From assembly GCA_963783575.1 (NCBI GenBank), contig CAWAOD010000014.1:160001-224000 (forward strand): a DNA stretch of 64,000 nucleotides, written 5' to 3'. Below, piece by piece: positions 52,878-63,483 of the stretch. A model generated the notes under the pieces. The model ran no database searches. It saw only the letters and a list, made by a program, of their open reading frames with translations, and had not been told where the DNA came from. Positions within the stretch are counted from its first letter, which is position 1. Each line of letters begins with the position of its first letter. The translations under genes were made by a program, and so were the position numbers. The stretch comes from an uncultured Spirochaetota bacterium (GTDB taxonomy: Bacteria; Spirochaetota; Brevinematia; Brevinematales; JAOACQ01).

Positions 52878-54605
52878 TTGATGCTATATTCAAAAATGCT
52901 TATTCCGACACTTCGGGAAACTCCAAAAGATGCGGAGATCAATTCGCACATCCTTATGCTGCGAGCTGGATTTTTAAGGAAAATGGGGGCCGGCCTATAT
53001 ACATTTCTGCCTCTTGGTTTGAAAGTTATATTAAAAATAATCAGTATTGTCCGTGAGGAACTGAACCTTGCCGGCGCACAGGAATTGATGCAGCCTGTAC
53101 TTATTCCTAGTGAACTGTGGAAGGAAAGCGGGCGTTATGATGTATATGGAAAAGAAATGGCAAGGGTTATTGACAGGCATGATAATGAACTTGTAATAAG
53201 TCCAACAGCGGAAGAGGCATTTACAGCAATAGTCAGGGAGAATGTTCATTCTTACAGAGATTTGCCTCTTAATCTTTATCAGATCAATACAAAATTTCGT
53301 GATGAAATCAGACCGAGGTTCGGTATTATGCGATGCCGGGAATTTATTATGATGGATGCTTACTCATTCGATATTAATAATGCCGGTCTGGATAAAAATT
53401 ATGAGGCTATGAGGAGCGCTTACAGAAGGATATTTAAACGTTGCGGTCTGGATGTTGTACCGGTCCTCGCGGACGCAGGAGCTATGGGCGGATCGGTATC
53501 CGAGGAATTTATGGTTCCTTCAAAAATTGGCGAGGGAGAGATTGTAAAATGTCCTTCATGCGGTTATGTTGCAAATGTTGAAAGAGCGACTGCTTTTTAT
53601 GATTATAAAAAAGTTGGTGTTGAATTTAAGAGTATCAAAGAAATTGCAACACCAAACATAAAAACAATAGAGGAATTAACTTCATATTTTAATACTACAC
53701 CGGATAAATTTCTGAAATCAATAATTTACAAAGCCGATGGTAAACCAGTTATGGCTGTTATTAGAGGAGATTTAACAATAAATGAGACAAAATTGAAGAA
53801 TGCTTTAAAATGCAATGAGCTTGAATTGGCCGATGAAAATACAATTTATAAAGTTACCGGTGCTCCGGTTGGTTTTGCTTCACCTGTCGGACTTAAGGAT
53901 ATTTTTGTTATAGCTGATGTAAGCGTATCGTTTATTGAAAATGGGATTACAGGGGCCAATAAAAAGGATTTCCATATTGAAAATGTGAATATTAACCGCG
54001 ATTTTAAAGCAGATATAATAACAGACATCCGTAATGTAATTAGTGGAGATTTTTGCCCGGATTGTAAGAAAAGCCTTCTTGAAGTTTTCAGGGGAATCGA
54101 AGTAGGGCATGTTTTCAAACTCGAATATAAATACACCAAATCGATGGATGTAAAAATACTGGATCAGGATGGAAAGGAATTTTATCCGATTATGGGAACT
54201 TATGGTATCGGTGTTGGAAGGACAATGGCAAGTGTTATCGAGCAAAATCACGATTCGAACGGGATAATCTGGCCTCTCAGTATTGCGCCTTTCCAGATTC
54301 TCGTAGTTCCGGTAAACATTCAGGATGTTGAAATTATGGAAACAGCCCAAGATTTATATAATGAATTGAAAAAAGTTTATGAGGTATTAATTGATGACCG
54401 GGATGAAAGACCGGGAGTAAAATTCAAAGATGCTGATTTGATAGGAATACCTATACGTATTACAGTTGGAAAAAGTTTAAAAGAAGAGGGAAAGATCGAA
54501 ATTAAAGAAAGAAATAAAACAGATAAGGAATTAGTGGATTTGAAAAATATTTATCAAAGGATCAGGGAGATTTATGAAAATAAAATGGCGGATTTTATTA
54601 TTTAG
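52878..54605 (+). CDS. proS: Proline--tRNA ligase (bacterial type with editing domain)
   Basis: WKESGRY, KFRDEIRPRFG, REFIMMDAYSF, GIEVGHVFKL, MGTYGIGVGR, PGVKFKDADLIG. Confidence 0.98.
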   Translation: MMLYSKMLIPTLRETPKDAEINSHILMLRAGFLRKMGAGLYTFLPLGLKVILKIISIVREELNLAGAQELMQPVLIPSELWKESGRYDVYGKEMARVIDRHDNELVISPTAEEAFTAIVRENVHSYRDLPLNLYQINTKFRDEIRPRFGIMRCREFIMMDAYSFDINNAGLDKNYEAMRSAYRRIFKRCGLDVVPVLADAGAMGGSVSEEFMVPSKIGEGEIVKCPSCGYVANVERATAFYDYKKVGVEFKSIKEIATPNIKTIEELTSYFNTTPDKFLKSIIYKADGKPVMAVIRGDLTINETKLKNALKCNELELADENTIYKVTGAPVGFASPVGLKDIFVIADVSVSFIENGITGANKKDFHIENVNINRDFKADIITDIRNVISGDFCPDCKKSLLEVFRGIEVGHVFKLEYKYTKSMDVKILDQDGKEFYPIMGTYGIGVGRTMASVIEQNHDSNGIIWPLSIAPFQILVVPVNIQDVEIMETAQDLYNELKKVYEVLIDDRDERPGVKFKDADLIGIPIRITVGKSLKEEGKIEIKERNKTDKELVDLKNIYQRIREIYENKMADFII

Positions 54606-55401
54606 TCTTGGAATTCTCATCATTCTTACATCCTGCGGTGTTGTGAAGAAAGCAATAATTCCAAGGTACAGATTTGAGATCGGTAAAACTTTGTATTATA
54701 AGCTGAAAAGTAATGCCGACTTTTCTGTTGATGCGGGATTTGTTAAGTATAACGGAAAAATTATTATAACAGCAGATGTTGAGTTGACTGCTTTAGGAAC
54801 GAATGAAAACGGATATAAAATTCGTATGGATATAAAAAACCCGGAAATAAAAGGGGCTAACAATCAGATTTCCGCCGCTTTTTATATAGGTTTAAATGCT
54901 ATCCGAAATTGGTATGCTGAATTTTATTTAACGGATAAAGGTAGAACAATCGTTATGATGCAGAGCACGCCTGTCCTTGCTTTAAGCTCATATTCAAGTC
55001 TTGTTTTTCCTGATTTTACAGATTTCGACGCAATCCTGAAGGGACAAACCGATAAAACAAATTTCTATGCAAAACTACAGGATCAGGAACTTACGGTTGT
55101 TTTCGACAGATTCTGCGGAGTAAATAAATCTGATAAAGAAAATCTTTGGATAGATAATCAGATAAAATTTACTTCCTATGCTAAAGATGAATTCTTGAAG
55201 ACTGTTGAACCTTTACCGATAGGATATATAAATTTTAATATGAGTGACGTTTTCAATTATATAAGAGGAAAACTAAATCAAAAAACCGGAAACTTTAATG
55301 TAAGTTATAATCTGCCAATTAAACAGGGTTTTTTGACTTATTCAATTAATGTTATAGGAAATGGTGACATTGAATTGAAGTTAACCGATTTGACTAATTA
55401 A
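54574..55401 (+). CDS. Hypothetical lipoprotein
   Basis: Lipobox LTSC; overlaps the proS 3' end. Confidence 0.65.
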   Translation: MKIKWRILLFSLGILIILTSCGVVKKAIIPRYRFEIGKTLYYKLKSNADFSVDAGFVKYNGKIIITADVELTALGTNENGYKIRMDIKNPEIKGANNQISAAFYIGLNAIRNWYAEFYLTDKGRTIVMMQSTPVLALSSYSSLVFPDFTDFDAILKGQTDKTNFYAKLQDQELTVVFDRFCGVNKSDKENLWIDNQIKFTSYAKDEFLKTVEPLPIGYINFNMSDVFNYIRGKLNQKTGNFNVSYNLPIKQGFLTYSINVIGNGDIELKLTDLTN

Positions 55402-55410
55402 GGAGTTTAT

Positions 55411-56127
55411 GTGGCTGTTTCTGCTGGAAAAGAGAAAATCGGCAGTAAGGTTATTTTAGAGGAACTGTCAAAAATAAACGCTTCGGATATAATGGTTCCC
55501 CGTTCGGGTGTAGTATTTATAAATAAAAACAGCTCATTTACGGATATAATCGATATTGTAATTAATGACGGGCATTCCAGGTTTCCGGTTTATTCGAATA
55601 AAATCGATAATATTATCGGTATATTGTATATCAAAGACCTGCTGAAGTTTTTTAAAACCATAGAGGTTGATTTTGATATAACAAGGATATTGCGAAAACC
55701 ACTTTTTATATCGGAAAATAAAAAAACAAGTGAATTGTTATCTGAATTCATTGACGAAAGAGTTCATATTGCAATTGTTGTTAATGAATACGGAACGGTT
55801 CTTGGAATAATTAGCCTGGAAGATATTCTGGAAGAGATTGTCGGCGATATAAGCGATGAATTTGATAAAGAGAAAAATGTTCAAAATTTCATTCAACTGA
55901 ATAAGGATGAATATAAAATATTTCCTAAAATGCCGCTTGTAGATTTTAATAATATGTTTAAAACCAGGATTAATTCTGATGATTACGAGACTATAGGCGG
56001 ATTCATTATAGACCGATTCGGCTATGTTCCCAAAGAAAATGAAACTTTAAAATACGGGAACCTCTATTTTCAGATCACTGTTGTTGAAGGCAGCAGGATT
56101 AAAGAAATATTTTTGAAAAAAACATAA
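55411..56127 (+). CDS. CBS-pair plus CorC/HlyC domain protein (CorC/YbeX-like, no TM domain)
   Basis: DIMVPR, GHSRFPV, VNEYG, LEDILEEIVGDISDEFD, ETIGGF. Confidence 0.9.
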   Translation: MAVSAGKEKIGSKVILEELSKINASDIMVPRSGVVFINKNSSFTDIIDIVINDGHSRFPVYSNKIDNIIGILYIKDLLKFFKTIEVDFDITRILRKPLFISENKKTSELLSEFIDERVHIAIVVNEYGTVLGIISLEDILEEIVGDISDEFDKEKNVQNFIQLNKDEYKIFPKMPLVDFNNMFKTRINSDDYETIGGFIIDRFGYVPKENETLKYGNLYFQITVVEGSRIKEIFLKKT

Positions 56128-56141
56128 GGCGGTATAAAGCT

Positions 56142-56696
56142 TTGCGAACATTTATAGCTATTGAAATACCGGAAAATATAAGAATTAAAATTTTTCGGTT
56201 TTCAGAACAGTGTAGAAATATACAAAGTAAAAATATTAAATATGTTGAAAGAGATAATCTTCACATTACTTTAAAATTTTTAGGTGAAACCGGGGTTGAC
56301 ATTATTGATAAACTTTCATTGGATTTGAAGAAAATAAAGATTGAAAAATTTGATTTAAATATGAAAAATACCGGCGCATTTCCGAATATCATATTTCCTA
56401 AAGTAATATGGGCAGGTATAGGTAACTCTGATACGCTTAATAGATTGTTTACTGAAATAGAAAATACAGCGGTTAAGCAAAATTTTAAAAAAGAAGACAG
56501 AAATTTTAATCCGCATCTCACATTAGCCAGAGTAAAAGGCAATGCATCAAAAGAATTGATAGAATTTATTAAATCGAATGGTGATATTGAATTCGGAAAT
56601 TTTACTGTTCATGAATTTTGTCTTTTTGAAAGCAAATTAATGAGAGAAGGCCCGGTTTATTCAAAATACAGTACATTTCAGCTAATTGGAGCCTGA
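56142..56696 (+). CDS. thpR: RNA 2',3'-cyclic phosphodiesterase (2H family)
   Basis: MRTFIAI, NLHITLKFLG and PHLTLAR (two HxT motifs). Confidence 0.93.
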   Translation: MRTFIAIEIPENIRIKIFRFSEQCRNIQSKNIKYVERDNLHITLKFLGETGVDIIDKLSLDLKKIKIEKFDLNMKNTGAFPNIIFPKVIWAGIGNSDTLNRLFTEIENTAVKQNFKKEDRNFNPHLTLARVKGNASKELIEFIKSNGDIEFGNFTVHEFCLFESKLMREGPVYSKYSTFQLIGA

Positions 56697-56697
56697 T

Positions 56698-57484
56698 TTG
56701 AACATATTATTGACCAACGATGACGGATATTCCGCTCCCGGTATTCAAATATTAAAGAAAAAACTTTCCAGATGCCATAAGGTTTTTTTATGCGCACCGT
56801 TGAAGCAGATGAGCGCTTCCAGTCATGCCGATCACATTGTTTAAGCCTATGGAATTGATAAAAATAAATGAAAATGAATTCGCACTTGATGGAACACCCG
56901 CAGATTGCGTAAAAGTTTCGCTAATTCATCTTTTTAAAGATATAAATTTCGATATGGTTATTTCCGGAATAAACAACGGGCCGAATATGGGCGGTGATAT
57001 ATTTTATTCGGGTACCGTAGCTGGAGCTCGTGAAGGTACGATGAACCATATATTCTCAATTGCCGCATCTCTTGACGGCTGGTCTGAGAAAAAAAATTAC
57101 CAATTTTCATCAAACTTTATATTTGAGTTGACTAACTTGATTGATGTCAGTATACTTAAAGAAAATATTGTGTTAAATATCAATTTCCCGAACACTCAAA
57201 AACCGGCGGGAGTTAAAATTACACATATCGGCGAAAGAGTTTATAAGGATTTCATTAAATATGATGAAAGCGGCGGTAAATTTTTTGTTACGATTGCCGG
57301 TGATGATCCTGGGTTTCATGACAACAAGGGATCGGATTTAAATTCCGTTGCTGAAAATTATGTTTCCATTACGCCGCTTGTTAATGAGGTTTTTGATGAG
57401 AAATTTCGGGAGAGATTGAAATATCTTGAGAAGATAAAATGGAATGGATTGACATCAGAATTACGTAACTTTATATGGAGATAG
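56698..57484 (+). CDS. surE: 5'/3'-nucleotidase SurE, apparent +1 frameshift near 56829
   Basis: TTG56698 encodes MNILLTNDDGYSAPGI..APLKQMSASSHA; ORF 56825-57484 continues ITL..GTPADCV..SGINNGPN..YSGTVAGAREG. Confidence 0.92.
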
Positions 57485-57488
57485 TTTT

Positions 57489-57887
57489 ATGGAAAAAGGA
57501 AATTGCCCTCCTTCCGGTAGTATTGAAAATCTTGATACAAGCTTTGTGGTGATGCCTAAGGACGCCAATCATTATGGAAATGTTCACGGCGGAGTGATAA
57601 TGCTTTCCGCGGATAATCTTGCATATGCCATAGCTTCGAAATACAGCAGAATGAATGTTGTAACAGCAAGAATCAGTGAAATGAATTTTTTAAAACCTGT
57701 AAAAGTTGGGGATATGGTCATTCTTGATGCAAATATTATCCGCGTCGGGAATTCATCGATGGATGTGAAGGTTTGTATTAAGGGTGAAAATCTAAGAGAA
57801 AATATAGTATTTGATGTTGCCGAAGCTCTTTTTACAATGGTCGCTGTTGATGATACAGGAAGGCCAAAAAAAATTATTCGTGAATAG
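57489..57887 (+). CDS. Acyl-CoA thioesterase (hotdog fold, YciA-like)
   Basis: ANHYGNVHGG, VVTA, F-x-KPVKVG, VGNSSM, FTMVAVD. Confidence 0.92.
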   Translation: MEKGNCPPSGSIENLDTSFVVMPKDANHYGNVHGGVIMLSADNLAYAIASKYSRMNVVTARISEMNFLKPVKVGDMVILDANIIRVGNSSMDVKVCIKGENLRENIVFDVAEALFTMVAVDDTGRPKKIIRE

Positions 57888-57888
57888 T

Positions 57889-60800
57889 TTATGAATTCCC
57901 ATCAATAATAGTTTCAAATAAGAATACCTGTTCTGCGATTATTTTTTCTCCGTCAATTTTACCCTTTATGAGATATATTATGTTGTTTTTCAATATCTGC
58001 AGAAATTTTAAGTAAACTTTTGGGAAAAATACGACTTCTGTCGAACCTGTTCTGTCACTGAATTGTGAAAAAGCCATAGTACTGCCGTTCCTGGTTTTGA
58101 CTGACCGTATTTTATACAAATATCCTATAAATGATCCATAGCTGAGCCTGTCAAGATTTTCAATCTTGTCGAATTGATGTTCTTTGAGGTAATCCAGATA
58201 ACGGTCCAACGGATGATGGCTGATAAACAGATCTGTCGCTTCAAATTCAAATCTGAATTTGTCTTCTTTTGAGTCATTAAAATTGTTTAAATTATTATCC
58301 CCGGTAGATTGAACTGCCAACCTGCGGTTTATTAAAGTTTTAATTTCGGGAATCGATGAATAATCGGTAAATAAAGAACCTTCCTCATTAGATTGTTTTT
58401 TTGAGAAAAAACTTGATATATCCGGGAGAATTGATAAAAGCAATTTACGTGAATATCCATATTTATCAAAAACGCCGGCTTTAATAAGAAATTCAATAGA
58501 TTTTAAATGTAAACCCCGATCTTTTAATCTAAAATAAAAATCAATAAAATCTTTGTATTCGCCATTCTTATTTCTTTCCCTGACAATTTCCCTGGACAAT
58601 TTTGTACCTACATATTTAACAAATGCCAGACCGCAACGGATATTTCCATTTTCTTTTGAACACAAAGTCTTACTGTAATTTATATCTATTGATAAAGTAT
58701 GAAATAAATAAATTTTATTATGAAATCTAAGATCCATAAGATAACGGTTTATTCTGTCTTCATTTCCATGATTATTATTAATTGATGAAATATAATATTC
58801 GAGAGGATGATGATTTTTTAAATAAGCGCATGTATATGCATAAAGCGCGTATACAGTTGAATGGGCTTTGTTTATGCTGAAACTTCCAAAATCTACCAGA
58901 ATAGCAAATAGCCGGTTTGCCTGTTCAAATTCAAGACCGTTTGAAACACAGCTCTGTATAATTTCATCTTTAAGTGTTATGATATGTGTGTTATTCTTAG
59001 TGAATAAAGATTTTTTTAGATTCTCAATTTTGTCCCAGTCCAGACCGGCTTTTTCATGCATCAGTCTTAATAATTGTTCCTGATAAATAAATAAACCATG
59101 AGTATCGGAAGCAATTGAATCAAGCTCATCAACTTTATTGAAATTTAATTTTTGATTTTTATGGTTTATATATTTTTCAGTCAACCCGGATTTGAAAGAA
59201 ACAGGCCGGCATAATGCGATTATATCCGAAATTTCATTTATTGACTGTGGTTTTAATTTTTTTAACAATTCTCTTGTTATATTACTTTCCAATTGAAAAA
59301 CGGCTGTTGTATTCCCTTCAGCCAATAAATCAAAAGTATTTTGATCATTATCGGGAATTATTTTAATCTCCGATCTGCGCATAGTTTCATTTATTACCGA
59401 TATGATATGCAATCCAAGGATATCAATTTTGAAAATACCTGTATCCTCAAGATCATCATTAGGTATTTGGGCAAAATTATTTCTTTTTAAAGTATATTCA
59501 AGAGATGAATATTTATTAATTCCTTCCGGAATAATAATTATGCTTCCAGAATGAATTGAGCTATGAGAAATTAACCCCTCGATTTTTATGATATAATCAA
59601 AAAAATCGTGTATATCCGGGTCATTGTCATAGAAATCCTTCATTCTTCTTTCTTCTTTAATAAGATGGTATAAAAATCTGTTATCAGACATCTTGTTTTC
59701 TAAAAAATAATTATAAACAGATGGAATTAAGGACTTAATTTTATTGATCTTATCATGGTTAAGCTTAAAATAATCGGAAAATTCATTAATCAGTGAACGT
59801 GCTGTCGAATGATGTATTGATGCAGAATATGAAACATTCTGCCTGCCGTATTTCGAACTCAGAAAAGAAAAAATCAGATTTCTTTTTTCCCAGGCGATTT
59901 CAATAATAATTTCTGGCAAATGTAATTTTCCCAAATTCAGGAATGATTCAAAGAGTAAGTTGTATTTAACAGGATCAACTTTTGTTATTCCCAGAAGGAA
60001 TAAAATTAATGAAGAACAGGCTGAACCATTTCCATAACCGTAAGGAATTTTCTTTTTCTTTAAAAAATGAACCGTATCAAAAATAATCAAGAAAATATCT
60101 GAAATTTTCATTTTATAAAGCATATCAAGTTCTGCATCCAATCGATTCCGATATTCTTCTCTATCACAAAAATTTTTTAGTCGGAGAGAACATATATGTT
60201 TTACTTTTTCGAATGAATTTTTGTATAATACCGGAATCTTGAAGCTTTTTACATTAAAATCAGTTTCAATTTTTTGAAATAATATTTCTGAATTATCAAT
60301 TAAATTAATATGGTTTTTAAATATTAGATAAAAATCTTCTTTATTTTTCAGTGAATAATCAAATTCCGTTGATAAATGTGAATTTATTTCCTTTATAAAT
60401 GGATTTTTATGGCTGCTGTTTATAAGAATATCAAAAGCCGGTTTGTCTTTTAAGAAATACCTGGCTTCGCAGGAAGCAATGGCATTTAGATTGTAACGGT
60501 CGATTACATTAAGTAAATCCTTTATTTCTTGAATTTTATGGCCACCGGTATAATTTACCTCTACATAAAAATTATTTTTAAAATGTTTTTGATAACATTC
60601 AATAGTTTCTTCTAAGATTTGAGATGAAATCATATTTTTTATTAATTCGGATTCGGCCAAAATAGCCAGGCCTTCTTTACAGTGTATAAGGTTTTCAAGA
60701 GATATTTCATAATGATTTTCATTGATATAATTTTGATGAATTAATGTATTTAGACGGAACAAATTCTCAAGGCCGGCATTGTTTAAAGCAATCAGATTGA

Positions 60801-61038
60801 TGTGATATTGATTCTTTCCGTTTATACCCTTAATAAATATTTCCAATCCATAAACCGGTCTAATTCCTTCAGAACGGCATAACCCGGTCAATTTAATAAA
60901 TCCGTATGTAGAAAATGTATCTGTTAATGCGCATCCTTTAAAGCTATGATAGACAGCAAAACTAACCAGATCTTCTACCTTCAAAAGCGAAGATAAAAAA
61001 GAATATTCGCTGTGATTATGAAAGTTGATGAATCCCAT
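57889..61038 (-). CDS. dnaE: DNA polymerase III alpha (DnaE) homologue with degenerate active sites
   Basis: HNHSEYS, LGITKVDP, KIDILGL, VFQLES, YQEQ, NKAHS, C-terminal OB fold; the catalytic PDxDxD motif reads PEIIIE. Confidence 0.9.
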   Translation of the reverse strand: MGFINFHNHSEYSFLSSLLKVEDLVSFAVYHSFKGCALTDTFSTYGFIKLTGLCRSEGIRPVYGLEIFIKGINGKNQYHINLIALNNAGLENLFRLNTLIHQNYINENHYEISLENLIHCKEGLAILAESELIKNMISSQILEETIECYQKHFKNNFYVEVNYTGGHKIQEIKDLLNVIDRYNLNAIASCEARYFLKDKPAFDILINSSHKNPFIKEINSHLSTEFDYSLKNKEDFYLIFKNHINLIDNSEILFQKIETDFNVKSFKIPVLYKNSFEKVKHICSLRLKNFCDREEYRNRLDAELDMLYKMKISDIFLIIFDTVHFLKKKKIPYGYGNGSACSSLILFLLGITKVDPVKYNLLFESFLNLGKLHLPEIIIEIAWEKRNLIFSFLSSKYGRQNVSYSASIHHSTARSLINEFSDYFKLNHDKINKIKSLIPSVYNYFLENKMSDNRFLYHLIKEERRMKDFYDNDPDIHDFFDYIIKIEGLISHSSIHSGSIIIIPEGINKYSSLEYTLKRNNFAQIPNDDLEDTGIFKIDILGLHIISVINETMRRSEIKIIPDNDQNTFDLLAEGNTTAVFQLESNITRELLKKLKPQSINEISDIIALCRPVSFKSGLTEKYINHKNQKLNFNKVDELDSIASDTHGLFIYQEQLLRLMHEKAGLDWDKIENLKKSLFTKNNTHIITLKDEIIQSCVSNGLEFEQANRLFAILVDFGSFSINKAHSTVYALYAYTCAYLKNHHPLEYYISSINNNHGNEDRINRYLMDLRFHNKIYLFHTLSIDINYSKTLCSKENGNIRCGLAFVKYVGTKLSREIVRERNKNGEYKDFIDFYFRLKDRGLHLKSIEFLIKAGVFDKYGYSRKLLLSILPDISSFFSKKQSNEEGSLFTDYSSIPEIKTLINRRLAVQSTGDNNLNNFNDSKEDKFRFEFEATDLFISHHPLDRYLDYLKEHQFDKIENLDRLSYGSFIGYLYKIRSVKTRNGSTMAFSQFSDRTGSTEVVFFPKVYLKFLQILKNNIIYLIKGKIDGEKIIAEQVFLFETIIDGNS

Positions 61039-61041
61039 TCA

Positions 61042-62502
61042 TCAATCAACCAATTTTTGAATCTGCTTACCCGCGGCTTTAATGAAGGAATCGAATACTC
61101 CGCTTGCAGATATAGATGTAGCGCTTATTTTGATATTCTTCGCCGAAAGAATTTCACCGCTTGAAGTATCCAGGAGCTGTGCTGAAACTGAATATACTCC
61201 GAGATATCTTTCCAATGTTTCATCATACTTTGGGGGTTCAAATGATGATACAAATAATACAAATGCCCTTTTAATGCCTATTACCGATAGTTTGTCCAAT
61301 GCGTTTTTTTTCGCTTGAGATATGTCGTCTAAAGAAACTGTATCAGAAAAATTTACAACTTTATACCCGCGGTCAATTAAAAAGGATTGGGCTTCGGAAG
61401 CGAGATTCGGAAGCTGTTTTAAGCCGTCATCCGATTTAAGTATCGCAATGACAACAATTGGTATGGTTCTATTCTGCTCGGATATAGTTTTAAACTCGCT
61501 ATAAACGGATATTTTACCGGCTTTTTCCTGAAGAGTGGATGAATATGTTTGATAATCTTTACCTAAATCGGAAATATCCTGAAAGTCAATATTTAATAGT
61601 GCATAGAGTCTATTCTCGTTATTGACTTCTTTTAATTTGTTTATCGTGCAGATAACAATACCGTTGTCATCTGATACGGCACTTCTTGAATAATCACCGT
61701 CGTTGTTCCTGAGTACAAATGATATTTTTAGACCCCCGGCAGGAATTTTTCCTTTTTCGGATGAGTAAAATACCCTGTATGAAAAAGAGCCTCCTTTTGC
61801 AGTATCAATTATGTTTGTATTGCTGTATGCTTCTATAAAAGTATTTTCCAGGACTTTACCCGCTTTGTTTATATAAATCGGAAATTCATCGGTCCTTTCT
61901 TTCACTCTTGTGGAGCTTATAGCTGCTGTAAGGTATGAATTGACAGCATCCGATATTTTTCCGGAATCCAATGCCTGATCTGCAACTTTGAGGCTGTTGT
62001 CAACCAATGCCAATTTTCTTTGAATCTCGGATAATATCCTGTTCCTCTCCCTTTCAAGATTTTTATTGGAAATCCTGGACAGAACCCATACTTTATAATA
62101 AACAAGTCCTGAGTCCTTGTTTTCTTCTTTATAAGTATCAATAAGTTCCACACCCGAAAGATTCACAGCGCTCTGGCTTTTAACATTTTCCTGATAACTT
62201 TTCCTTAATGTCTCATTATCGTTTAAACTGCCTGAAGTAGTAAATACCTTATCAACGGTAGTCTCTTCAAATATCGTATTGGCGATTTTCCCCTTGGCGT
62301 TTTGAAGAGCTTTATCCTTAATTTCCTCAAACGATCCAATATCCTCGGTATAGCCGACCACATATAAATATTCCTTATCATGATTCGGCTGTGTAATCCA
62401 GGTCGGTTCGCCGGAAATAACAGTATTTGTGGCTGTGTAAACAGTATTTATTATAAAATACAAACTTAAAAGAAAAATAATTAATTTCAATGAACTTTTC
62501 AT
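61042..62502 (-). CDS. Exported LPP20-like domain protein
   Basis: Signal peptide; PTWI..YLYVVG..KALQNAKGKIA pattern; C-terminal AQLLDTSSGEIL (CsgG/TolB-N-like). Confidence 0.6.
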   Translation of the reverse strand: MKSSLKLIIFLLSLYFIINTVYTATNTVISGEPTWITQPNHDKEYLYVVGYTEDIGSFEEIKDKALQNAKGKIANTIFEETTVDKVFTTSGSLNDNETLRKSYQENVKSQSAVNLSGVELIDTYKEENKDSGLVYYKVWVLSRISNKNLERERNRILSEIQRKLALVDNSLKVADQALDSGKISDAVNSYLTAAISSTRVKERTDEFPIYINKAGKVLENTFIEAYSNTNIIDTAKGGSFSYRVFYSSEKGKIPAGGLKISFVLRNNDGDYSRSAVSDDNGIVICTINKLKEVNNENRLYALLNIDFQDISDLGKDYQTYSSTLQEKAGKISVYSEFKTISEQNRTIPIVVIAILKSDDGLKQLPNLASEAQSFLIDRGYKVVNFSDTVSLDDISQAKKNALDKLSVIGIKRAFVLFVSSFEPPKYDETLERYLGVYSVSAQLLDTSSGEILSAKNIKISATSISASGVFDSFIKAAGKQIQKLVD

Positions 62503-62901
62503 TCAATCCTCCGCTTTTATTGATATTAAATTACTAAAAATATTTAGTTTTTTAGAACAGCCCTTAATATAATACTAACTCAAATCATTATAATCAACAA
62601 ATTATAATTTTTCAATCAAATATAATTATCAAATTTGATTTTATATTGATTATATCAAATACTGTGCCAATTAATTATTATAAAAAAATAATTATTTCTA
62701 TTGGCCAAGCATTCATCTTGAATACTTTATTAGATAAAAACTTAATTATAATGTAAGATTATTATGAAAAAGAGGAGATTTTGTATGAGAAATTCCCCCT
62801 TTAAAAGGGAGGCAGGAAAATATAATTTATCTGCGGTTTGAATCAATAACCGATTTTAATTAGAAATGATATATCTTAATCGATACAGTATAAAATAATA
62901 T

Positions 62902-63483
62902 TTATTTTATTTTATATGTTTCTCCATCGGTTTTAATACCGATAATCCCATTATCTTTAGCGAAGTAAATTGTGTAATTCTTTTCACCAAAATAGATATC
63001 AGCAACGACAATATTTTTATAAATCCTGTCATTGACCTTAATTGAGGGCATGCTTTTTAAATACTTTAAGCTAATATTATCACCAATTATAATAGGTATA
63101 TCATATTTAATTTTTTGAGGGAAAATAAGAGGCGGTGGTTCCAGATATCTTTGGAAAAGTCCGTCAGATATGTCGGTAAAATAAACATCTCCATTTGAGG
63201 TAACGCAAAATCTTAATGAATAATATAATTTTTGATTATCAACCGTTATTTTCAATATCCAGTTAAGATAAAAATTATCGGTATAATCTTCATCGTAAGG
63301 CATTTCTATTCTTGCATACATATCAATAGAATTATTTTTATCGGATATTAATGAAAATGAAAAACTCGGCATGAACGGGAAGAAGAACACTTCGGGAAAC
63401 TTCATTGAATAAGTAATATTAATAGCAAAAAAAAATAAAAGGAAATAAATTATAATTAAAAAGTCTTTTTGACTAGGACTCAT
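62902..63483 (-). CDS. Hypothetical exported protein
   Basis: Hydrophobic N-terminus from ATG63483; C-terminal YFAKDNGII; start codon uncertain. Confidence 0.55.
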   Translation of the reverse strand: MSPSQKDFLIIIYFLLFFFAINITYSMKFPEVFFFPFMPSFSFSLISDKNNSIDMYARIEMPYDEDYTDNFYLNWILKITVDNQKLYYSLRFCVTSNGDVYFTDISDGLFQRYLEPPPLIFPQKIKYDIPIIIGDNISLKYLKSMPSIKVNDRIYKNIVVADIYFGEKNYTIYFAKDNGIIGIKTDGETYKIK

